In this document: positions 48,639 to 57,523 of the stretch, piece by piece
Position numbering within the stretch: the first letter of the stretch is position 1
Layout: the number at the start of each line of letters is the position of its first letter
Source of the DNA: Verrucomicrobiota bacterium
GTDB lineage: Bacteria > Verrucomicrobiota > Lentisphaeria > Lentisphaerales > Lentisphaeraceae
Reading direction: 5' to 3'
Length of the DNA stretch: 64,000 nucleotides
Assembly: GCA_039798785.1 (NCBI GenBank)
Contig: JBDKFG010000001.1
Location: forward strand, 128,001-192,000
Notes under the pieces: generated by a model
The model's input: only the letters and a program-made list of their open reading frames with translations
The model's database searches: none
What the model was told of the DNA's origin: nothing
Translations under genes and position numbers: made by a program

Positions 48639-49430
48639 ATGATTCCCCGCCGCCAAGTTCTTCCTGGTCTGGAGCTGCCGCTGCTCAGTCTGGGCACTGT
48701 CAAGATCGGTCGCAACACGAGTCTCAAATATCCCGGGGGCTCCTTCGAGCTGCCGAGTGAGGCCGAGCTCGAGAATCTCCTGGCTGCCGCCCGCGAGCTC
48801 GGCTGCAATTTGATCGACACGGCCCCTGCCTACGGAATCAGCGAGGAGCGACTTGGCAGGGTCCTCGGCGGTCGCTGGCAGGGCTGGCTCTGCTCTTCCA
48901 AGGCAGGCGAGGAATTCGACGGTGAGAAGAGCCGCTTCGACTTCTCGCCCGAAGCGATTCGCCATTCCTGCGAACGCAGCCTGCGCCGCCTCCGCCGCGA
49001 TCACCTCGACCTCTTCCTCCTCCACTCCGATGGCAACGACCTCGAAGTCCTCAATAGCCCCGGCCTGATGGATGAACTCAGCAGCCTCGCCGAACGCGGC
49101 CTGATCCGCGCCTGGGGCGCTTCCACCAAGACCGTCCACGGCGGACTCGAAACCCTCCGCCGCGGCGGCGTCCCGATGATCATGCTTAACCTCGAAGCCC
49201 GCGATGAACTCGCGGTCGCCGAATACGCCGCCTCGCTCGGGCGGGGCGTGCTGGTCAAGAAGGCCCTGGCCTCGGGCCACATCGGCGACGACTCCGCCAG
49301 CCGCGAAGCGAAGCTGCGCGACACTTGGAGATTCCTATCTGGGGTGAACGGCGTCAGCTCCGTCGTCATCGGCACCACCAAGCCGGGTCATTTGCGCCAG
49401 CATGTCGACATGCTAAACGCCTTCGCCTGA
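48639..49430 (+). CDS. Aldo/keto reductase
   Basis: LSLGTVKIG, IDTAPAYGISEERLG, SKAG, SLRRLRRDHLDLFLLHS, KKALASG. Confidence 0.9.
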   Translation: MIPRRQVLPGLELPLLSLGTVKIGRNTSLKYPGGSFELPSEAELENLLAAARELGCNLIDTAPAYGISEERLGRVLGGRWQGWLCSSKAGEEFDGEKSRFDFSPEAIRHSCERSLRRLRRDHLDLFLLHSDGNDLEVLNSPGLMDELSSLAERGLIRAWGASTKTVHGGLETLRRGGVPMIMLNLEARDELAVAEYAASLGRGVLVKKALASGHIGDDSASREAKLRDTWRFLSGVNGVSSVVIGTTKPGHLRQHVDMLNAFA

Positions 49431-49432
49431 AA

Positions 49433-50278
49433 TCAAGCCAGCGCCGCGGCGCAGTTGATGTAGTGCGGCATCGCCGACCCGGTCGAGCGGTTGTCGACAT
49501 TCGGGGCGCCGCGGCCGGCCTCGTGGTCGTCGAGCTGGACGAGGCGGAAGTCGAGGCTGAAGCGGTTGCGGCCGCGCGATTGCGCCAGGGTCTGATGCAG
49601 CTGGTGGCCGGCGAAAAGCAGCACCTGGTCGCGCCGGCAGGAGAAGCCGACGCGGGCGGCGCCCTCGGGCAGGGGTCCGGTGAGCTCGGGGTAGCGGGCG
49701 GTCAGGCCGTCGTCCTTGTTCTGCCAGCCGATCTTGAGGTCCCAGTCGCGCTGCACCCAGCGCTGGTAGTCGAAGATCTCGGAGTTGTTCGGCACCACCT
49801 GATGGAACTGCTCGGGGAAGAAGACGAAGGTCTCCTCGGGCGGCAGATCGTCGAGGGGGATCCAGCAGGTGATCAGCGATTGCGAATGGGAGTACCAGGT
49901 GTCGCGGTGGGGGTAGTAGACCGCCTGGGCGCGGGGATTGTGGTGCCCGTCGTGGAGGATGGCGCGCAGGCGCAGCGGGTCGCAGACGGCCCGGGCGGGG
50001 TCGAAGCCGAGCGAGGCGACCAGCGTGGCGATGAGGCGCTGCGGCTCAGGCTGGAGGTAGAGTTCGCGACGCAACAGCCCCATCCGGCCGAAGAAGGCGT
50101 CGCCGTCGGCGCTGTGCTCGAGCGAGCGGTAGTCGGGGCCGAAATGCTTGACCAGCAGGCTCCGCACCGTCTCGCCCAGGGCGCGGCTGGCCTCGGTCGG
50201 GTCGAGCAGGAAGACCTCGCCGTCGTAAAGGGACTGGCGCAAGGTCTCGTTGCCGGCGGGGGCTTGGTGGCGGATCAT
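49433..50278 (-). CDS. Putative Fe(II)/2-oxoglutarate-dependent dioxygenase (PhyH-like)
   Basis: HxD motif PHRDTWY, ITCWIPL, distal His (LLFAGHQLHQT) and RFSLDFR. Start MIRHQ overlaps the methyltransferase stop. Confidence 0.72.
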   Translation of the reverse strand: MIRHQAPAGNETLRQSLYDGEVFLLDPTEASRALGETVRSLLVKHFGPDYRSLEHSADGDAFFGRMGLLRRELYLQPEPQRLIATLVASLGFDPARAVCDPLRLRAILHDGHHNPRAQAVYYPHRDTWYSHSQSLITCWIPLDDLPPEETFVFFPEQFHQVVPNNSEIFDYQRWVQRDWDLKIGWQNKDDGLTARYPELTGPLPEGAARVGFSCRRDQVLLFAGHQLHQTLAQSRGRNRFSLDFRLVQLDDHEAGRGAPNVDNRSTGSAMPHYINCAAALA

Positions 50279-51036
50279 AGCGGTCTTCTCGCCACGATGA
50301 TCAGTCGCAGGCTGTCCATGCTGAGGGGCGAGCCGTCGAGTTCGCCGTGGATCTTGAGGTCGACGAAGCCGCAGGAGCGGAGCAGGGCGCAGATGCTGTG
50401 CGGCAGGTAGAGCCGGGTGGAGCTGTGTTTGACCTGTCGCGATCCATCGGGCAGGGTGTAGATCCAGTCCTTCAGCATCAGACCGCGATCCCAGTCGAGG
50501 CGGGTGAGGCGTTCGAGGTGAAGCTCTCCGGCGGGGGTGCTGACGCGGTTCTCGACCCGTTCGCGGAAGTGGTGCAGAACTCCGGGGAGGTTGAGGGTGT
50601 CGAGCAGGAAGAGTCCGCCGGGCTCGAGGGAGTCGAAGGCTCGTTGCAGCATGAGTCGATTGATTTCGTCCTGGTCGCTGTAGCCGAAGGAGGTCCACAT
50701 GTTGATCACCGCCTGGCGGGGTGGCGAGGCGTACCATTCGAGGGCGTCCTGCACCTCGAAGCGGGCGTTCAGGCCTTCGGAGCGGGCGCGGGCCTCGGCC
50801 TTGGCGATGTAGCCGGCGGCGAGATCGACGCCGAGCACTTCGCAGCCGAGGCGGGCGAGGGGAAGGCTGAGTCGTCCGTTGCCGCAGCACTGGTCGAGGA
50901 CGCGGGCGCCGGGCTTGAGCCCGAGCAGGCTCATCAGCGCGCGAGCCTGCTTGACGTTGTCTTCGTCCGAAGCCGCGTCGAGCAGGATCGCTTCAAGCGC
51001 TTCGTCGTAGAAGTCGTGCCACCAGGGTTTGTTCAT
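50275..51036 (-). CDS. Class I SAM-dependent methyltransferase
   Basis: VLDQCCGNGR, LGVDL, TSFGY, LEPGGLFLLD; 4-bp overlaps with both neighbours. Confidence 0.92.
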   Translation of the reverse strand: MNKPWWHDFYDEALEAILLDAASDEDNVKQARALMSLLGLKPGARVLDQCCGNGRLSLPLARLGCEVLGVDLAAGYIAKAEARARSEGLNARFEVQDALEWYASPPRQAVINMWTSFGYSDQDEINRLMLQRAFDSLEPGGLFLLDTLNLPGVLHHFRERVENRVSTPAGELHLERLTRLDWDRGLMLKDWIYTLPDGSRQVKHSSTRLYLPHSICALLRSCGFVDLKIHGELDGSPLSMDSLRLIIVARRPL

Positions 51037-52112
51037 CGGGGAGCTCCTTGGGTTGAGAAGTAATCATCAATCGCCTGGATGGCGTTTTTCAGCCGTTGTT
51101 CACCTTGGCCGGAGATCAGGCGCCAGGGGCGTCCGGCGGTGTCGAGGCGGGCGGAGCAGGCGGCGAGGAAGCTGGCGCGTTGATCGGGGAGGTAGCGCAC
51201 CGGATCGGCCACCCAGGGGAGGTCGATGTCGCAGAGCAGGGTGAGCTCGCAGCGGCTTTCGGCGGCGAGGGATTCGAGTTCGGTCGAGGGACGCCCGAAG
51301 AGGAAGTCCTGCCAGATGCAGGTGGCGAGGGCGTCGGTGTCGCAGAAGAGCCAGGGTCCGGCCGTGGCTTCGAGCTTCTGCTGCAGCGCGATCTGGCCGC
51401 GGGCGATGGACGGCAAATCGGCTTCGACGGGCTCGCGTCCGAGTGATTCGAGGAAGTCGCGGGCGAATTCGGGAACCATCGTGCCGCCGAAGTGCGCCGC
51501 AAGCTGCGCCGCGAGGGTCGATTTGCCGCAGGATTCGGGGCCGAAGAGGCAGATGCGGCGGCGGTAGAAGGCTTGCACCGGCGGCGGCAGGAAGGACCAG
51601 TTCGCCGCCGGGGCGCGGCGCACCGCGGTGCCGCTCACCGGGATCGTGGCGCGCGGGATGTCGCAGGGGATGAACTGGGCACCGAGGACGGCGGCCAGCG
51701 GCGTGCCGTAGTTTTCCGAGGCGAAGACGAAGTCCACCGGCTCAGGCAGGATGCGCTTCAAGCTGCGCTCCCAGATGCCCCAGAAATCCGGGTGCTCCTC
51801 CGGCTGCTGCGGATTCTCGTCCGTGAGATGCAGCACGATGCAGTCGGGGCAGAGCTGGCGCATCCAGTCGAAGCGCAGCTCGCCGGGGATCGGCTCGGCC
51901 TGGAGCGAACCGACGACGACATAGAGGCGGTCGACGCGGCGGCGGGCGAATTCGACGAGAAAAAGGTGGCCGCGGTGCGGCGGCAGGAACTTGCCGAGGA
52001 CCATCCCCACCTTGTCGCCCGGAGCAGATGCCGAGTCCGAACTTGATCGTAGCCGTGCGAGCCGAGTGGCGGCGTCGGCTGTGTCCAGAGCGTGCTCGGG
52101 TGAGTCAGCCAT
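51033..52112 (-). CDS. NadR-like bifunctional nucleotidyltransferase / P-loop kinase (no HTH domain)
   Basis: GKFLPPHRGH (HxGH), VFASENYG, VSGTAVR; GPESCGKST, PEFAR, FCDTD, PWVADPVR. Exact start uncertain (52112 or about 52004). Confidence 0.88.
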   Translation of the reverse strand: MADSPEHALDTADAATRLARLRSSSDSASAPGDKVGMVLGKFLPPHRGHLFLVEFARRRVDRLYVVVGSLQAEPIPGELRFDWMRQLCPDCIVLHLTDENPQQPEEHPDFWGIWERSLKRILPEPVDFVFASENYGTPLAAVLGAQFIPCDIPRATIPVSGTAVRRAPAANWSFLPPPVQAFYRRRICLFGPESCGKSTLAAQLAAHFGGTMVPEFARDFLESLGREPVEADLPSIARGQIALQQKLEATAGPWLFCDTDALATCIWQDFLFGRPSTELESLAAESRCELTLLCDIDLPWVADPVRYLPDQRASFLAACSARLDTAGRPWRLISGQGEQRLKNAIQAIDDYFSTQGAPR

Positions 52113-53148
52113 CGTTCTGGCTTTGATTTTCGAGTTTGACGAAGGTGTCGAAATCACTTTGGAAGAGCCTGTCCTGGATGACTCGGTACTTTTCGAATTC
52201 GCTCTCCGCATGTTCTTTGGCGATCTCGGCGCTGATCCGGCCGGCATCCTGGAGCACTTGCCGCTCATCGGCCTCGAGGAAGATGTCAAGGCGCTTGGCC
52301 CAAGCCTCCATCGTCATCGGGGTCCGCCTTCTTGCGCGACTCTCCGCCAAGTCGAGATAGGCGCTGACGATCCGTCCGAGATCCTCAAGCTCGGTTTGCG
52401 TCAGGTAGTTTTTTGCCACGCTGACATCGCTCTTCAGGATTTTGCCCATCGGGGCCTTGGCCCAAGTCGTCAGCCCCATGTGTTCCTGGGTGTGATCGGC
52501 GCGTTCGGCGATCAACTCGGCGGCGGTCCGGCCATGAACCGCGTAATGCATTTTGTTTTGCACTTTGGCAAAGAACTCTTTCGTGATCGGAGATTCCCGG
52601 TCGTAATCGACAGCAGTGGCGTAGATGTCGGTGATCTTCTGATAAAACCGGCGCTCGGAGAGGCGGATCTCGCGGATCTCATCAAGCAGCCGTTCGAAGT
52701 AATCCTCGTCGAGGAAGGCGCCGTTCTCCATCCGTTTGCGATCCAGCACGTAGCCGCGCAAGGTGTAGTCCCGAAGCACCCCCGTTGCCCATTGCCGGAA
52801 GGCGGTGGCGCGTTTCGAGTTCACCCGGTAGCCGACCGCGATAATCGCATCGAGATCGTAATGCAGGATGCTGCGTTGGACCTGCCGCTGCCCTTCGGTT
52901 TGAACGACTAAGAATTCCTTAGCAGTTGACTCCGTCAGTTCCCCGTCGGCATAGATCTTCTTCAAGTGCATCAAGACGTTTTCTGGTGTCGTCTCAAACA
53001 GCTGGCCGATGTTTTTTTGCGACAGCCAGATGGTGCCGTCCTGCACCCGTACTTCGACGCCGTCGCCCCCGGTCTGGTAGGCAAAGATCAAGAACTCCGC
53101 CGTGCTGTTGCGAAGGCGCAGATTCTCTCGTGATTTATTCTTCTTCAT
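52105..53148 (-). CDS. rhuM: RhuM-family protein
   Basis: TIWLSQKNIGQLF, HYDLDAIIAVGYRVNSKRATAFRQWAT, DYFERLLDEIREIRLSERRFYQK, VQNKMHYAVHGRTAAE, AKNYL. Confidence 0.92.
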   Translation of the reverse strand: MKKNKSRENLRLRNSTAEFLIFAYQTGGDGVEVRVQDGTIWLSQKNIGQLFETTPENVLMHLKKIYADGELTESTAKEFLVVQTEGQRQVQRSILHYDLDAIIAVGYRVNSKRATAFRQWATGVLRDYTLRGYVLDRKRMENGAFLDEDYFERLLDEIREIRLSERRFYQKITDIYATAVDYDRESPITKEFFAKVQNKMHYAVHGRTAAELIAERADHTQEHMGLTTWAKAPMGKILKSDVSVAKNYLTQTELEDLGRIVSAYLDLAESRARRRTPMTMEAWAKRLDIFLEADERQVLQDAGRISAEIAKEHAESEFEKYRVIQDRLFQSDFDTFVKLENQSQNDG

Positions 53149-53865
53149 CTTTCGTCTCCCATGTCGCCTCAATCAAGCGGCGTTCCCGCTCGATTTCCAA
53201 ACGCAACTGCTCGTGTGGATCTGCCGCTCCAGCGTACGCTTGTCCCAGCCGCCCGCGATGGCCTCGTGCTCGTAAAAGTCCCGAGCCTTGAGATCCTCCA
53301 CTCGCATCAAGGCGCGATAGTGCGACCAGGTGAGCTGGGGGGAGAAGCCACGCGGTGATCTGTCATCCGAAGCTTGCACCCCGGGGATGATCCGTAAGGA
53401 CAGATTAGTCGCATCTGCCTTTGGATGAATGCCTTCCAGATTGGCTCCCCACTGGGGATCTTTTTCAGTCAGGCATTGGCTCCCCGCTGGGGATCCAATG
53501 CCGCGATCCGCGTAGGATAGAAAAAACTGTCTAAACCGCTTGAGGTTAGGCAAAGAAAATCCTTGCCCATAGCGCTCTGTCAGCCGGAGGGATAGATCCT
53601 GCAGGAGACGCTTGCCATAGGCCGCCCGCTCCTGACCTCCCTGCAATTCCTGGACGATCTCCCGCCCGATCAGCCAATAGGCCAGTACCATCTGGCTATT
53701 GACGGCGCGGACGACCTCACCCCGCGCCTGTTCGAGAATGGCGGCGACTCGGCCGAAGAGTTCTTCGGGAGCGGCAGTAGTCGGCGAAGAAGGTGGCGTG
53801 GAGGCGCTGTCGATCGCAAGTTTTTTGGGGCGACTCGCCTTTTTCTGCGGTATCGGTTCAGTCAT
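53135..53865 (-). pseudogene. YhcG/DUF1016-family gene with internal deletion of the nuclease domain
   Basis: N-domain intact (VNSQMVLAYWLIGREIV, RAAYG, GFSLPNL, LTWSHY, FYEHEA, WDKRTLERQI), then jumps out of frame to the family C-terminal helix EQLRLEIERERRLIE...*, whose stop overlaps the rhuM start. Confidence 0.8.
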
Positions 53866-56684
53866 GGTGTGTGGGCCTGGAAGATTTCGCTTTGGGGACT
53901 TTGTCGGAAAGTAGCTTGGGAACGCTGCCCGGCCTGCAGCAACCAGGCGAGGAGCTGGTTTTCGTCGGGCGCGGGCAGGCTGCCGTCGAAGTCGTAGCCG
54001 CTGGCGAGGAAGAGGTCCTGGGCGCGAGCTGCATCCTGGCGCGGAGCGAAGAGGCCGTTGAGGACGGCGGGAAGGGGCGTGCCTTGTTGCGCGCGGCGCC
54101 AGGAGTCGAGATCGAGTCCGGGGCGTCCGGCGAGGGCGCAGCTGGCGGCGCAGAGCTGGCGCAAATCGAGATTGCACTCTGGCGCGAGGTGGGAAACCGG
54201 GCCGGACGGCTCTTCGGCGACGATGCCGGCCAGCGCGGCGGCGTAGCTTTCGAGCGGGGCGACGGCGATGGCGAGTCCGGCGGGGACGGCGGCCGGATCG
54301 AGCGGCTGGCGGGCGAGGGCTTCGAGCATCCAGGTGAAGAAGTCGTTCTTCGGCAGATCGTCGCGCTTGGCTGCGCCGCCGATCAGGGCGGGACGGACGA
54401 GGCGCAGGCCGCCTTCGAAGCCGATCTCGCGGCGGAGGAGGCATTCCGCCGTCAGCTTGCTCTGGGCGTAGGCGCCGTGGATGTTGCCGGCGGGCTCGGA
54501 GTCGGCGCTGATCTTTGCGGACGGCGCATCGGAGCAGGCGAAGACGGCGAGGCTGGAGACGAAGTGGAAGCGGCGTCCGGCGCCTTCGAGGTAGAGGCGG
54601 GCGAGGGCCAGCGAGGCGGCGACGTTGACCGCGGCGATTTCGGCGAAGCTGCGGCTCGAGCTCAGCTCGGCGGCGGCGTGGATGAAGATCTCGGCTTCGA
54701 GCGCTTTGCGGCGGGCATCCTGGTCGAGCCCGAGATCGTGGCGATTCAGGTCGCAGTCGAGGATATCGAGGCGGCTGAAATCGAGGGCGACGCCGCGTTT
54801 CTCCGCGATCCGCCGCAGCCGTTCCCCGCCGCCGCGCAGCAGCAACAGGAAGCGGCTCTGCGGCAGGCGACGCTGCAGCTCGCCGAGCAGCGCCAGGCCG
54901 AGGAAGCCGGTGGCGCCGGTGAGGAGGATGCTCGTTCGCCCGCCGGAGGCTATTTTTAATGTTAAATCTTTATTTTTGTTTGCTTTATGTTGAATATTGA
55001 ATGTTGAATCTTGAATTTGCCGTCCCAGGCTTTCCACGCTCATCGGCAGCAGCCGCGGCTTGATCTCGGCGAGGGGCAGGTCCTGCATCAGGTCCTCGGG
55101 ACGCCAGGCGAAGCGTTCGCCCTGGAGCCGGGCGGCGAGTTCGAAGGCGCCGAGAGAGTCGAGACCCTGACGGCGCAGCGGCAGCTCGGGGTCGATGGCA
55201 TAACCGAAGTAGTCTTCGACGAGCTGCCGCAGCGAGGCGTGCGGGCCATCCTGCTTGCGCGCCGGTTGCAAGCGGGGATAATCGATCTTGCCGCTGGCGT
55301 TGCGCGGCAGTTGCGGCAGGCGCAGGAATTTCGCCGGGATCATCCACTCCGGCAGCTCGGCCAGGAGGGCCTGCCGCAGGCCCTCGTTTTCGGCCCGTCC
55401 GGCGTAGGCGCAGAGGAGGCGCGGGCCGACGGCGAAGACAGCGGCTTCGTCGACGCCGGGCAGGCGCAGCAGGGCGGATTCCACCTCGCCGCATTCGACC
55501 AGGCGGCCGCGGACCTTGACTTGACGGTCGAGGCGGCCGAGGAAGCGCCAGGCGCCGTCGGGGAGGACTTGAGCCCGGTCGCCGCTGCGGTAGAAGCGCC
55601 GGCCATCGATCACTGTGAATTTCGCGGCGTCGAGCTCGGGGCGGCGCCAGTAACCGAGGGCGAGGCAGGGGCCGCCGATGAGCAGTTCGCCGCTCTCCGG
55701 ATCGAGGCGAAATTCGGCGCCTTCGAGCGGTCGGCCGATGTCGCCCTCGCTCCAGTCCTCACCGCAGCGGACCATCGCGCAGCAGATGCTCGCTTCGGTC
55801 GGGCCGTAGAGGTTGAAGAGGCGGACGCGTCGGCTCCAGGCGCGCACCGTGTCGCGCGGGCACACTTCGCCGCCGAAGCCGAGGGTGAGGAGGCATTCGG
55901 GGGCCTCTTCGGGCGAGATCAGGCGCAGCAGCGAGGGCGGGATGTCGAGGTAGCTGATGCGGCGATCGGCCAGGGTCTTGAGGAGTCGTTCAGGGCTCGT
56001 TTCGCAGGGCGCCGCGACGACCAGGGTGGCGCCGCAACACAGCGCGGTGAAGATGTCGGACAAGGAGGCGTCGAAGAGGGGCGACAGCATCCACAGGCAG
56101 CGGCTGCCCGGCCCCAGCTCGAAGGCCGCGATCTGCTGCCTGATCACCGCCAGGAGTCCGCCGTGGCCGACGCTGACGCTCTTCGGCCGGCCGCTCGATC
56201 CGGAGGTGCTGATCAGCCAGGCTTCGGGGGAGGAGGTTGAAAGGTTGCAAGCTTGAAAGCTTGAAAGGTGGAGGGCAGCCGAGGCGGGGAGCTCAGATTC
56301 CGTATTGGATTTTGAATGTTTAATCTTTGATTTTGTTTGTGTTATGTTGAATCTTGAATGTTGAATCTTGAATTCCCAAGTCAAGATCCCCGCCACCTCG
56401 GCGTCATCGAGGATGAAGTCGCGGCGATCCTCCGGCAGGCCGTGGATCGGCAGGAAGCTCGAGCCGCAGCGCCAGCTCGCGAGGACGGCGATGACGAAGG
56501 CGGCGGAACGCGGCAGGTCGAGGGCGATGCGGACGCCGCAAAGCCGAGCCGAACGCAAGTCCGCGGCGAGGGCATCGACTTCGCCTAGCAGCTCGGCGTA
56601 GCTCAGGACGCGCCCATCCTCCTCCACGGCCGGGGCGTCCGGGCGGAGGCGGACCTGTTCGAGAAAGGCGTCGAGAAGATTCAT
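53862..56684 (-). CDS. NRPS-like A-T-R protein (adenylation, carrier, thioester reductase)
   Basis: LSYAEL, STSGSSGRPK, FDAS, GGE, NLYGPTE, YRSGD, GRLDRQVKVRG, PRNASGKID; carrier GLDSL; reductase LTGATGFLG, VSS, YAQSK. Start at MNLLDAF. Confidence 0.92.
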   Translation of the reverse strand: MNLLDAFLEQVRLRPDAPAVEEDGRVLSYAELLGEVDALAADLRSARLCGVRIALDLPRSAAFVIAVLASWRCGSSFLPIHGLPEDRRDFILDDAEVAGILTWEFKIQHSRFNITQTKSKIKHSKSNTESELPASAALHLSSFQACNLSTSSPEAWLISTSGSSGRPKSVSVGHGGLLAVIRQQIAAFELGPGSRCLWMLSPLFDASLSDIFTALCCGATLVVAAPCETSPERLLKTLADRRISYLDIPPSLLRLISPEEAPECLLTLGFGGEVCPRDTVRAWSRRVRLFNLYGPTEASICCAMVRCGEDWSEGDIGRPLEGAEFRLDPESGELLIGGPCLALGYWRRPELDAAKFTVIDGRRFYRSGDRAQVLPDGAWRFLGRLDRQVKVRGRLVECGEVESALLRLPGVDEAAVFAVGPRLLCAYAGRAENEGLRQALLAELPEWMIPAKFLRLPQLPRNASGKIDYPRLQPARKQDGPHASLRQLVEDYFGYAIDPELPLRRQGLDSLGAFELAARLQGERFAWRPEDLMQDLPLAEIKPRLLPMSVESLGRQIQDSTFNIQHKANKNKDLTLKIASGGRTSILLTGATGFLGLALLGELQRRLPQSRFLLLLRGGGERLRRIAEKRGVALDFSRLDILDCDLNRHDLGLDQDARRKALEAEIFIHAAAELSSSRSFAEIAAVNVAASLALARLYLEGAGRRFHFVSSLAVFACSDAPSAKISADSEPAGNIHGAYAQSKLTAECLLRREIGFEGGLRLVRPALIGGAAKRDDLPKNDFFTWMLEALARQPLDPAAVPAGLAIAVAPLESYAAALAGIVAEEPSGPVSHLAPECNLDLRQLCAASCALAGRPGLDLDSWRRAQQGTPLPAVLNGLFAPRQDAARAQDLFLASGYDFDGSLPAPDENQLLAWLLQAGQRSQATFRQSPQSEIFQAHTP
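54955..55017. repeat. AT-rich heptamer array (TTGAATN-type x9), in frame within the NRPS-like gene
   Basis: tttaatg ttaaatc tttattt ttgtttg ctttatg ttgaata ttgaatg ttgaatc ttgaatt (63 bp). Confidence 0.85.
56235..56374. repeat. Octamer array (GSTTGMAA x4) plus heptamer array (x10) within the NRPS-like gene
   Basis: ggttgaaa ggttgcaa gcttgaaa gcttgaaa at 56235-56266; ttggatt ttgaatg tttaatc tttgatt ttgtttg tgttatg ttgaatc ttgaatg ttgaatc ttgaatt at 56305-56374. Confidence 0.85.
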
Positions 56685-56841
56685 GTCGTAAGCCCTTGGT
56701 AGCTTTTGGCTTGCTTGGGATTCATACAATTTCCATTTTTGAATTTGACATGATCGTCTGTTTGTTGTTGAGCATCAACATGCAGGGATCAAGTGTGGTG
56801 GGAATTTCCCATCGGCGTTATCTTGGGATGGAGGTGGATTC

Positions 56842-57189
56842 ATGAGTTCCGAAGAATGGCATGAGCAGGTGATGGCGCTGCCGCGCGAGTTGCGGCAGGC
56901 GCTGGCGGAGCGCTTGGGACTGGATTGGTCCCGGTCTGAGGTCGCGGAGGACGGAACTGAGCCGCTGCCCTTGGATGCCGCGGCCCGCGAGTTGTTTGCC
57001 CAAGTGCTGTTGCTGCCGGTGGCGGAACGCCGTGCCCTGGCAACGGTCCTGAGCAGTGATTGTCTCGCCGAGGAGAGCTGGGAACAGCAGTGCATCGCCA
57101 TTGTCGAGGCCCGCTTGGATCGGTACGACCAGGGCTTGGAGCAGGCCATTCCTTGGGAAGAGGTCCTGGCGGAGATGCGGCAGCGATGA
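56842..57189 (+). CDS. Addiction-module antitoxin
   Basis: LPVAERRALA, W...VEARLDRYDQG, AIPWEEV pattern; 4-bp overlap with the toxin gene; RBS ggaggt. Confidence 0.8.
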   Translation: MSSEEWHEQVMALPRELRQALAERLGLDWSRSEVAEDGTEPLPLDAAARELFAQVLLLPVAERRALATVLSSDCLAEESWEQQCIAIVEARLDRYDQGLEQAIPWEEVLAEMRQR

Positions 57190-57479
57190 AGGTCGTCTTG
57201 TTGCCGCAGGCCCGAGTGGACATGCTGCAGGCGCAAGATTTCTACCGGGAGAAACTGCCTGGACTGGAGAACCGCTTTCTCGCCGATCTGCAAGAATCCC
57301 TGACTTTGCTGAGCCGATCTCCCGATATCGGGCGATCCCTGGGCGGCAAGAGCCGGCGGCTCAACTTGTCGGCATTTCCCTATTTTCTGGCTTACTCGCA
57401 CAGGCGTGGCTGCCTGGTAGTGACCGCCGTGTTGCATCAGGCCCGCGATCCGCAGGACGTCAAGCGCCGGCTGGAGTGA
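57186..57479 (+). CDS. RelE/ParE-family toxin
   Basis: MKVVLLPQARVDM, FY...PGLENRF, PDIGR, FPYFLAY, AVLHQARDP. Confidence 0.85.
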   Translation: MKVVLLPQARVDMLQAQDFYREKLPGLENRFLADLQESLTLLSRSPDIGRSLGGKSRRLNLSAFPYFLAYSHRRGCLVVTAVLHQARDPQDVKRRLE

Positions 57480-57523
57480 GCTTGCGGGCGCTTCACCTGT
57501 CTTGAGGCGGTGGTGTTTCGTCT

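Noticed and set aside
48453..49280. N-terminal extension making a 730-aa oxidoreductase
   Set aside because: It overlaps the aldo/keto reductase on the opposite strand; the Tat signal at 48452 marks the real start.
50279..50890. Arg/Pro-rich N-terminal extension of the dioxygenase (likewise 53866-54444 for DUF1016 and 29708-29941 for rsmH)
   Set aside because: Alternative-frame read-through of the upstream gene; better starts with 4-bp overlaps exist.
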